Below are positions 48,538 to 60,233 of a DNA stretch of 64,000 nt, one piece after another. The first letter of the stretch is position 1. Every line of letters starts with the position of its first letter. The position numbers and the translations under genes are program-made. The notes beneath the pieces were generated by a model, which saw nothing but the letters and a program-made list of their open reading frames with translations, did no database searches and was not told the origin of the DNA. Source of the DNA: Eukaryota sp. GEM-RC1 (lineage: Eukaryota); NCBI GenBank assembly GCA_040285855.1, contig JAUFOQ010000003.1, forward strand, positions 868,001-932,000, read 5' to 3'.

Positions 48538-51500
48538 ATGACACGTTTAAGTTCTGCAGTGTTAATTCTTTTGCTGGCCACCTTATGTCTTGCTAATGAC
48601 GTTCATTTTGTTCCTCCTGATCCTCCTGATTCTACCGATCTCCTTTGGACTCGGTCTGATCTCTGGACTCCTTCTCCTCCTACTGAAACTTCCAATGTCT
48701 ACATTGATGGGAGTCAACTAGAGTCCTCTATCCTTGTGAACAATGATGACGTCATCATAAACACTCTTTACCTTACCAATGTCGTTCTTTCTCTTGATTG
48801 TTCTGCAATCACAGTCAATGGTTTCACTTCCTTTATTGATTCTTCCATTGAGTCTACTTGTGATATTCGATCAGAACTTACTTCACTTACCTATGAGTTT
48901 ATTGGTGTTACAATGTTGTCTGGTATTAATCTAATTGTTTTGGAGTTTGGAAAATTCGTAGAACCACAGTTAACTCTTGTCAATTCTAAAGTAATTGTTA
49001 AAGAAGATGCTACTTTAATTGTGGATCAAAGCGACACGTCATCACCACTCATAGCTTGGGGTAATGGAGAAGATGGGAAAACGGGAACTGGGCATCAAGG
49101 TACTCATGGTCTTATGCTAGTTAATACTCAACAGCAGTTTATTTCAGTTTCTGCTAGTGAAGTACATAATCTAGGTGTTACTAGAGATGGTTTCCTCTAC
49201 TCGTGGGGACAGAACTCTAAAGGACAACTTGGTTTAGGGGATACTACCAATAGATTAGTACCAACAAAGGTAGGGTTATCGAATGTTGTCCAAGCTTCTG
49301 CTGGTTTTGAGTACAGTCTTGTTAGACTAGGAAATGGTGACGTTTACTCCTTTGGAGGAGCTGGATGGAGTGGAAGACTTGGACATGGATCTTGGTCCAT
49401 AGATGAATATTTTCCTAGAAGAATTGAATCTCTTTCTAATGTTGTTGACATCTCTGCTGGATATTCACACTCACTGGCAGTAATGTCTAATGGAGAAGCA
49501 AAAGCCTGGGGATCTGGTACACATGGTAGACTCGGTACTGGGTCTTCGTCGTCCAGCTCTCCTCAGACAGTTCTTATCAACTTCTCTGTCAAGAAAGTCA
49601 GGGCAGGATATGATCACTCTATGTTCCTTACTGAAAGTGGTGAGCTATTTGCTTCAGGTTATAATTATAATGGTCAGCTTTGTGTTGGTGATACCACTAA
49701 TAGAAATGTCCCTACTCCTATTGTTAACTCTAAAGATTTCCACGTGATTCAAGTCAGTATCGGTAAAACCTTGAGTACCCGGACAACCATCTTCCTTACT
49801 ACTCAAGGTGAGGTGTTCTCATGTGGTAGAGCTATTGGCCGAACTACTGATACTGTTCCAGCTCATTCCCCAGGAAAAATTGAAGATATGGGTGTGGTTT
49901 CAAGAATTTCGTGTGGTGATTATGATGTTTTTGCTTTGGCGACTGGTGGGACCTTGTATAGTTGGTCACGTTGGTCCAATCGCTTTCCTTCTCCTGTTCC
50001 TGAAACTTCTGAATTAAAGGTTGGTAAAGTGTATTCTGGATCATATCATTGGTTTGTCCACGAAACTGTTGATACTGATATTTCCGGAGATGACGACTCT
50101 TCTATAGAAATTGCAGGAAAATTGGAAAACCGCCTTGAATTTCCTCTATTGTTCAATACTTCACTCATCATCCATTCTACTGGTGATCTATCATCAATTC
50201 AAAGCGTGAAGTTTGCAAAAAGACTGAGAAATTCAGGTACAATCACAATTGATGGTCTACTTGAATTTGACTCATCTTCAGTTATTTCTCTCTTAGGTGG
50301 CAGTATTAAAGCTAAAGATATTATATTTCAAGAATTTGCTTCTATTACAGGCTATGGATTGATCTATTCTACTGTTTTTAATTATGCAACAATTATTCCT
50401 TGCGGTGTACTTGAAATTCAAAAAGACTTGGTAGTGGCTCCCAATTCCAGGGTTTTACTAAACTATAACAACAATGAAGTCCAATTGGTTATTAAAGGAG
50501 TTCTTTCTGTAAATGGAACTATTGCTCTAAATGCTACTCGTCACCCTTCATCTGTTCACTTCTCTGTCTCTTTAGTTCTCTTTGGTTCATTGATTTCAGA
50601 GTATGCATCATTTCCTGTTTACTGCGATCACTACTTTGGCGTGTTTTTTGATGATTCTTTTTATCAGCGTGGTAACTACCCAAGACTATCCAGGTCCTGT
50701 CAATGTTTCAGGTCAATGTCCTTCACCAGCAGATAATCCATTCTATCTTGTCGTTCCCCTTAATAATTCTAATGGTATTCTTTGGTCAAGAAATGATATC
50801 TGGGTACCATCTCCTCCTAATGAAAATTCCACTGTAATTATAGATGGTAATTATATTAATCAAGTTGTATTTATTGACCAAACCGTCATCATCAACTCTC
50901 TTTACCTCACCAATGTCGTTATTTCTCTTGATTGTTCTTCAGTCACAGTCAATGGTTTCACTTCCTTCATTGATTCTTCTATTGAATCTACTTGTGATAT
51001 TCGATCAGAGTTTACTTCACTTACCTATGTGTTTATTGGTGTTACAAAGTTGTCTGGAATTAATCTAATTGTTTTGGAGTTTGGAAAATTAATAGAACCA
51101 CAGTTAACCCTTGTCAATTCTAAAGTAATTGTCGAAGAAGACGTTATGTTTATTGTTGACCAAAGTGACAAATCACTCATAGCTTGGGGTAATGGAAAAG
51201 ATGGAAAAACAGGAACTGGTAACCAAGGTCATCATGGTCTTATGTTAGTTCATACCGATAGGAAATTTCTTTCAGTTACCGCTGGTAAAGCACACTCTCT
51301 AGGAGTTACAAGAGACGGTTTTCTCTACTCTTGGGGAACAAACTTTGTGACTAACTTTGGTGAAACTGGCCAACTTGGCTTGGGAGATGCTGACAGTCGT
51401 ATGGCTCCCACAAAAATTAATTTGACCAGTGTTGTCCAAGCGTCTGCTGGTTATGGTCATAGTCTTGTTAGAGTAGAAAATGGTGACGTTTACTCTTTTG

Positions 51501-54500
51501 GAGCTTCACTTTTTGGTCAACTTGGACATGATAATACTTATCCCAATCAATATTTTCCTAAAAAAATTGAGTCTCTTTCTAATGTTGCTTCTGTTTCTGC
51601 TGGGTACGGACATTCTTTAGCACTTTTGTCTACCGGAGAAGCCAAGGCTTGGGGTTATAATGAATACGGTCAGCTTGGTATTGGATCATCAGGTTTTTCT
51701 GCCGGTAAGTCCTCTCCTCATCATGTGGCTCTTAACTTCCCTATCAAGAAAGCTGTAGCATGTTTTGAACACTCATTTTTCCTCACTGAAAGTGGTGAGC
51801 TATTTGCTACAGGTAGGAATCATCATGGTCAGCTTTGTGTTGGAGATATCAATAACAGAAATAGTCCTACTCCCATTGTTAACTCTAAAGATTTCCACGT
51901 GGTTGAAGTAAGTTGTGGTAAAAGGTCTTCTATCTTTTGACTTACCAAGGTAACGTTTATTCTTGTGGTCAGATACTAGGTAGATCTACCAGTACAGTTG
52001 CTGCTCATTCTCCTGGGAAAGTTGAATTGTTGGAGAATATCATGAGTATTTCTAGTGGGTACAGTACACATATCACGTCATCAGTGTCTGGCACCTTATT
52101 TAGTTGGTCTGACAACAATCTACCTGCTCCTAATTTGAATACTCTCGAGTTTACGGTAAGAAAGCCAGTTGCAGGTTCTGATTACTTCTTTATCCAGGAA
52201 ATGATTTCGTCGGATATTATTGGAGATGAAAACTCTGTTATTGATATTGAAGGTACGTTTACTGTTCTTGATGTGTTCCCTTTGAATTTTGCTTCTTCAT
52301 GTACAATTCGTTCTACTGGAAGTCTTTTGTTCTCCTATTATGGAATGAAAATATTAAAAAATGTTGAAACTGATGGAACAATGCACGTTGATGGTCTTCT
52401 TGAATTTGACTCGTCATCTACTTTGATTCTAAATGGTGGCATTGTAAAATCTAATGATGTAATAGTTCATGAATTCGCTTCTATTATTGGTAATGGATTA
52501 ATCAATTCTAATGTTGTAAATTTGGGAACAATTATTCCTTCTGGTGTACTTAAAATTCAAAATGATTTGGTAATTGCTCAAAATTCGAATGTCTCATCAA
52601 CATATAACAACAACACTCAATTGATTGTTAACGGAATTCTTTCTGTAAATGGACTGTTTGTTTTTACTTTTCCCAATTCAATTCCTTCTAATTATACCAT
52701 TTCTTTAGTTCTATTTGGCTCTTTACTTTCTGAACATGACTCATTCAAAGTTCAATGTGATCAGTATTTTGACTTGTTTTTGATGATTCTTCTATCAGCG
52801 TGGTAACTACCCAAGACTATCCAGGAATTGATCCTGTTTCAGGTCAATGTCTTTTGCCTTTAGATCCCAATGTTTATCTTGTTGTTCCCCTTAATAATTC
52901 TAATGATATTATTTGGTCAAGAAATGATATCTGGGTACCATCTCCTCCTAATGAGAATTCCACTGTAATTATAGATGGTAATTATATTAATCAAGTTGTA
53001 TTTATTGACCAAAACGTCATCATCAACTCTCTTTACCTCACCAATGTCGTTCTTTCTCTTGATTGTTGTTCAATCACAGTCAATGGTTTCACTTCCTTCA
53101 TTGATTCTTCCATTGAATCTACTTGCGATATTCGATCAGAGTTTACTTCATTTACCTATGAGTTAATTGGTGTTACAAAGATGTCTGGTATTAATCTAAT
53201 TGTTTTGGAGTTTGGAAAATTAATAGAACCACAGTTAATTCTTGTCAATTCTAAAGTAATTGTTATAGAAGATGCTAGATTAATTGTAGATCAAAGTGAC
53301 ATTATTCAATCTAATATTTCTGGAAATGAGCATTCTGATTTTCAAATTGAAGGCACGTTCGAAACTCGTCATACATTGCCTTTGGTTTTGGATACACATG
53401 TTTCTATTTCTTCAACCGGAACTCTTTTGGCTTTTTTCAATGGCCTTAAAGTTGGAAAATCAATGGAGAATTCTGGAGTAATCAGTGTTAGTGGTCTTCT
53501 TGAATTTGACTCGCCATCTACTTTGATTCTGAATGGTGGCAGTGTTAAAGCTAAGAATGTAACAGTTCAAGAATTGGCTTCAATTACAGGCTTTGGATTA
53601 ATCAATTCCACTGTTGTTAATTATGGAAAAATTATTCCTTCTGGTTTACTTGAAATTCAGAAGGATTTTGTAATTGCTGAACATTCTAGTGTTTTATTAA
53701 ACTATAACAACAATGAAACTCAATTGATTGTTGACGGAATTCTTTCTGTTAATGGATCTTTTGTTTTTACTTTTCCCAATTCAATTCCTTCTAATTATAC
53801 CTTTTCTTTAGTTCTATTTGGATCTTTACTTTCTGAACATGACTCATTCAAAGTTCAATGTGATCAGTATTTTGACTTGTTTTTGACGATTCTTCTATCA
53901 GCGTGGTAACTACCCAAGACTATCCAGGTCCTGTCAATGTTTCAGGTCAATGTCCTTCACCAGTAGATAATCCTTTCTATTTTGTCGTTCCCCTTAATAA
54001 TTCTAATGATATTCTTTGGTCAAGAAATGATATCTGGGTACCATCTCCTCCTAATGAGAATTCCACTGTAATTATAGATGGTAATTATATTAATCAAGTT
54101 GTATTTATTGAACTAACCGTCGTCATCAACACTCTTTACCTCACCAATGTCGTTCTTTCTCTTGATTGTTCTTCAATCACAGTCAATGGTTTCACTTCCT
54201 TCATTGATTCTTCCATTGAATCTACTTGCGATATTCGATCAGAGTTTACTTCATTTACCTATGAGTTAATTGGTGTTACAAAGATGTCTGGTATTAATCT
54301 AATTGTTTTGGAGTTTGGAAAATTAATAGAACCACAGTTAATTCTTGTCAATTCTAAAGTAATTGTTACAGAAGATGCCACTTTAATTGTTGACCAAAGT
54401 GACATTATTCAATCCAATATTTCTGGAAATGGGCATTCTGTTATTCAAATTGAAGGTTTATTCGAAACTCGTGATACATTGCCTTTGGTTTTGGATACAG

Positions 54501-57500
54501 ATGTTTCTATTTCTTCAACCGGAACTCTCTTATCTTTGTTCAATGGCCTAAAAGTTGGTAAATCAATGGAGAATTCTGGAGTAATCAGTGTTGATGGTCT
54601 TCTTGAATTTGACTCATCATCTACTTTAATTCTTAATGGTGGCAGTGTTAAAGCTGAGAATGTAATAGTTCAAGAATCTACTTCAATTACAGGCTATGGC
54701 TTAATCAATTCAACTGTTTTTAATTATGGAACAATTATTCCTTCTGGCGAACTTGAAATTCAAAATGACTTGGTAGTTGCTCAACACTCGAATGTTTTAT
54801 TAAGCTATAACAACAACACTCAGTTGATTGTTAACGGAATTCTTTCTTTAAATGGATCCTTTGTTTTTGCTTTTCCCAATTCAATTCCTTCTAATTATAC
54901 CATTTCTTTAGTTCTATTTGGTTCTTTACTTTCTGAACATGACTCATTCAAAGTTCAATGTGATCACTACTTTGGCGTGTTTTTGACGATTCTTCTATCA
55001 GCGTGGTAACTACCCAACAATATCCAGGTCTTGTCAATGTTTCAGGTCAATGTCCTTCACCAGTTGTTAATCCTTTCTATCTAGTTGTTCCCCTTAATAA
55101 TTCTAATGATATTCTTTGGTCAAGAAATGATATCTGGGTACCATCTCCTCCTAATGAGAATTCCACTGTAATTATAGATGGTAATTATATTAATCAAGTT
55201 GTATTTATCGACCAAAACGTCATCATCAACTCTCTTTACCTCACCAATGTCGTTCTTTCTCTTGATTGTTCTTCAATCACAGTCAATAGTTTCACTTCCT
55301 TCATTGATTCTTCCATTGAATCTACTTGCGATATTCGATCAGAGTTTACTGCATTTACCTATGAGTTAATTCGTGTTACAAAGATGTCTGGTATTAATCT
55401 AATTATTTTGGAGTTTGGAAAATTAATAGAACCACAGTTAATTCTTGTCAATTCTAAAGTAATTGTTACAGAAGATGCCACTTTAATTGTTGACCAAAGT
55501 GACATTACTCAATCTAATATTTCTGGAAATGGGCATTCTGTTATTCAAATTGAAGGTTTATTCGAAACTCGTGATACATTGCCTTTGGTTTTGGATACAG
55601 ATGTTTCTATTTCTTCAACCGGAACTCTCTTATCTTTGTTCAATGGCCTTAAAGTAGGAAAATCAATGGAGAGTTCTGGAGTAATTAGTGTTGATGGTCT
55701 TCTTGAATTTGACTCATCATCTACTTTAATTCTTAATGGTGGCAGTGTTAAAGCTAAGAATGTAATAGTTCAAGAATCTACTTCTATTACAGGCTTTGGA
55801 TTAATCAATTCCACTGTTGTTAATTATGGAACAATCATTCCTTCTGGTGTACTTGAAATTCACAAAGACTTGGTAGTTGCTCAACATTCGAATGTTTTAT
55901 TAACCTATAACAACAACACTCAATTAATTGTTAAAGGAATTCTTTCTGTAAATGGATCCTTTGTTTTTACTTTTCCCAATTCAATTCCTTCTAATTATTC
56001 CATTTCTTTAGTTATATTTGGCTCTGTACTTTCTGAACATGACTCATTCAAAGTTCAATGTGATCAGTATTTTGACTTGTTTTTGGACGATTCTTCTATC
56101 AGTGTGGTAACTACCCTAGACTATCCAGGGATTGATCCTGTTTCAGGTCAGTGTCCTTTACCATTAGATACCAATGTTTACCTTGTTGTTCCCCTTAATA
56201 ATTCTAATGATATTCTTTGGTCAAGAAATGATATCTGGGTACCATCTCCTCCTAATGAGAATTCCACTGTAATTATAGATGGTAATTATATTAATCAAGT
56301 TGTATTTATCGACCAAAACGTCATCATCAACTCTCTTTACCTCACCAATGTCGTTCTTTCTCTTGATTGTTCTGCAATCACAGTCAATGGTTTCACTTCC
56401 TTCATTGAATCTTCCATTGAATCTTCTTGTGATACTCGCTCAGAGTTTACTTCACTTACCTATGAGTTTATTGGTGTTACAAAGTTGTCTGGTATTAATC
56501 TAATTGTTTTGGAGTTTGGAAAATTAATAGAACCACAGCTAATTCTTTTCAATTCTAAAATAATTGTTAAAGAAGATGCTAGATTAATTGTTGACCAAAG
56601 TGACATTATTCAATCTAATATCTCTGGAAATGGGCATTCTGCTATTCAAATTAAAGGTTTATTCGAAACTCGTGATACATTGCCTTTGGTTTTGGATACA
56701 GATGTTTCTATTTCTTCAACAGGAACTCTCTTGGCTTTTTTCAGTGGTCTAAAAGTTGGAAAATCAATGGAGAGTTCTGGAGTAATCAGTGTTAATGGTT
56801 TACTTGAATTTGACTCGTCATCTACTTTGATTCTTAATGGTGGTAGTGTTAAAGTTAAGAATGTAATAGTTCAAGAATTGGCTTCAATTACAGGCTTTGG
56901 ATTAATCAATTCTACTGTTCTTAATTATGGAACAATTAAACCTTCTGGTTTACTTGAAATTCAGAAGGATTTTGTAATTGCTGAACATTCTAGTGTTTTA
57001 TTAAACTATAACAACAATAACACTCAATTAATTGTTAACGGAATTCTTTCTGTAAATGGATCCTTTGTTTTTGCTTTTCATAATTCAATTCTTTCCAATT
57101 TTACCTTTTCTTTAGTTCTATTTGGCTCTTTATATTCTGAACATGACTCATTCAAAGTTCAATGTGATAAGTATTTTGACTTGTTTTTGATGATTCTTCT
57201 ATCAGCGTGGTAACTACCCAAGACTATCCAGGAATTGATCCTGTTTCAGGTCAATGTCTTTTACCAGTAGTTAATCCTACTAATCTAGACCTACCTCCTA
57301 ATAATACTAGAGACATTCGCTGGTCAAGAAATGATATCTGGGTACCATCTCCTCCTAATGAGAATTCCGCTATAATTATAGATGGTAAAAACATTAATCA
57401 AGTTGTATTCATTGACCAAAACGTCAACATCAACTCTCTTTCCCTCACCAATGTCGTTATTTCTCTTGATTGTTCTACAATCACAGTCAATGGTTTCACT

Positions 57501-58847
57501 TCCTTTATTGATTCTTCCTTTGAGTCTACTTGTGATATTCCATCAGAGTTTACTTCACTTTCTTATGAGATTATTGGTGTTACAAAGTTGTCTGGAATTA
57601 ATCTAAATGTTTTGGAGTTTGGAAAATAATAGAACCACAGTTAAATTTTGTCAATTCTAAAGTAAATGTTAAAAAAGATGCTAGATTAATTGTTGGCCAA
57701 AGGGATAGGTCTTCACCACTCTTAGCTTGGGGTAATGGAAAAGATGGAATAACAGAAGCTCTTAGAACGAAGAACTTAAAAACGAATACCCATTCTAATC
57801 AGTTACTTGAAGAAGTGTTGATGGAATATAGTATTTCTGGAAATGATGACTCTCATATTGAAATCGAAGGAACTTTGGACGTAGAAAACAATTTTGAATC
57901 TTATTTACTTTTAGATATTTCAGTCGATGTTCTTTCGTCTGGTTCTTTAATATGCTCTTTTCCAGGTATTAAACTAGTAAATACTATTACCGTTTTGGGA
58001 GCAATCACAATTGATGGTTTTCTTGATTTTGACTCATCATCTACTTTTATTCTCAATGGAGGAACTGTCGAAGCCCATAACTTTTTCATTTCAGAATTTT
58101 CTTCTATTTCCGGCATTGGTTATATTAATTCTACTGTTTTCAATTATGGAACCATTGAACCTTCTAGTGAAATTGAAATTCAAAATGATTTAATACTGTA
58201 CCCTAGTTCGAAATTAATGTTTAGTAACAAGGAATCCAACAGCCAGTTCTTACGTGTTAAAGGAACAATCATTTTTAATGGAAGCTTGAGTATTGATTTC
58301 TTCAATCACCACCTCAATCTAAATGATTCGTTTACTTTGTTTTATTTTGAAAAAGGAAATGCTGAGTTTAGCTCTATTTCAATCAATTGTGAGTCTCTTT
58401 TGAAATTACTCAAACTGAAAGCTCTCTTTCTCTTGTTGTTGTCTCAGAATTTCCAGAATTGACTAATGGTGAACTTATTTGCCCAGCATCCGTAGATCCT
58501 AAAGACCCAAAGGAACAACTTAAGTCCACCTTCGATTTCAAATTTGTAGTCTTCATAACGAGTTCAATTATTATAGTTGTTTTAGTCGCATGGTTTTTAT
58601 TGTGTCGAAAAAGCAAAAATCATCAGATTTAAATCCAGTAATTCTTCTCGACCTAAAGAAAAAACCCAAGATCTTTACTGAATATACGCCAAGATTTGAC
58701 TCCAAAGTCCTTGCTCTCGTTGAAAGAAAGAAGCGTATTGATAGACTTTTGATTCAAAGGGCTGCTCTTAAGGAAGAAATTTCAGTAATTGATTTGAATA
58801 TTGCAGACGAACCCCAACAGGATGTTGTTATTGAAAGTTACAATTGA
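48538..58847 (+). CDS. Receptor B: paralogue with 7 ectodomain modules (2 with RCC1 propellers), TM helix and short tail; no MLKL or kinase domain (~3400 aa reconstructed across ~9 single-base frame breaks)
   Basis: Signal MTRLSSAVLILLLATLCLA and modules homologous to receptor A. TM FVVFITSSIIIVVLVAWFLL. Tail KQKSSDLNPVILLDLKKKP...ALVERKKRIDRLL...DVVIESYN*. Confidence 0.72.
52800..57206 (+). repeat. Four tandem ~1.10-kb coding repeats (propeller-less stalk modules)
   Basis: VTTQDYPG...GQCP...SEHDSFKVQCD units start at ~52800, 53903, 55003 and 56104. Confidence 0.92.
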
Positions 58848-59119
58848 TATATACCTGTTTTTACTAATGTTTTTTTCTAAACGTTGTAATCTCACATTGC
58901 TTGTTGAAGCTAGAAATTCCTCGGTCATATGTATTGTTCATTGAAACTTACAAAAATAACGCGGTTATACTGTAAGGAATCTCGTATAATTGGAACACGA
59001 ATCAAGTTCAAGTAAGCCAGCCGTTTGCACTGGGTTTTCCACTTTGATTTGGACTTACTTCATCGCCCTTTTATTGAAGTATTCTTTTTTTCTGACAAGT
59101 CAGCCAGATTGGTCAATAT

Positions 59120-60225
59120 CCGGGATACCGAATATTGGATTGCTGATCCAATATTGCCAATCAATATCAATATAGATTGATTGGTCGGCTCTAGTCCAAT
59201 GCCAATATTGCCAGTACAATAAATCTTTAAAAAACTACTGAATTGTTTCTTTTCATAACATTGTTTTGATATGCACTGTTTTGTATTCTTTGTATTGCGT
59301 TTTTGACATGATCAAAATTCACAATCAAACGATTTATCAAGTTGGAAAACTGTTTGATTTTTTCATTTTCCGATCGAAACCCAAATATATTAAATCAATT
59401 ATTACTAAATTGTAGAAAAGAATTTTAAATATATATAATTAATTTTGTGTGTAGTGTTTCATTGATATTATTTTGATAATTTAATTTGTTCCTTCTTATT
59501 TATATGTCGATCCTTTTACTTAAAGGCCCCAAATTTGCGATTAACATTTAATAAACTGTGCAAAAGATACAATGTTAGTGAGAATTCAGAATACAGAATC
59601 TTCAAAGACCGCCTTGGAGTCAAAACTGATCATCTCTGATATAGAGTGATGATCTTGAGCTGTACTTCTCCAAAAATCCAAAATCAAAATGAGAACATTT
59701 TTGAAATTCTATTTTAGTGTTTTTGTAAAGTTTGTATGTTCATCTTGTTTTTCAGAGGTTGTGTATTTTCCAATCATGTTCCGTAACACCTGATAAAGTC
59801 ATATTTGAAGTATTTTACACACCTCAAACCACAGTTGACATCACAGAGACTTCTTCACTATAACAGCAGTCTTTGGATCCATCAACAAGTATATCACACT
59901 GGAGTGTAGAAGATGAAGATGGGTAAACTTATAGGGGGTGTTAATGTGTCCTTTCACTAACAAGTAAAACATAATTGCTACAATTTTTCAATTCTTCAAT
60001 TTTGAAGGTTGAAGTTACTGTTTAATGGTTCAAGACAAGCATCATACCTGAGACTTACTTGAACATCTTCCAGAATCTACGTATGGTATTTTAAATAGTA
60101 TTTAATTGATGAGTTTAATAACGTGATATTGCAATATTGACCAATATACTGGAACCAATACCGTATTGATTGGTCAGTCATATTACAATACCAATATAAT
60201 GCCAATCCAATATTCGGCATCCCTG
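59120..60225. mobile_element. hAT-like non-autonomous element, ~1.1 kb
   Basis: TIR CCGGGATACCGAATATTGGATTG vs CAGGGATGCCGAATATTGGATTG (21/23) and CCAATAT subterminal repeats. TSD only imperfect. Confidence 0.7.
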
Positions 60226-60233
60226 GAACAATA

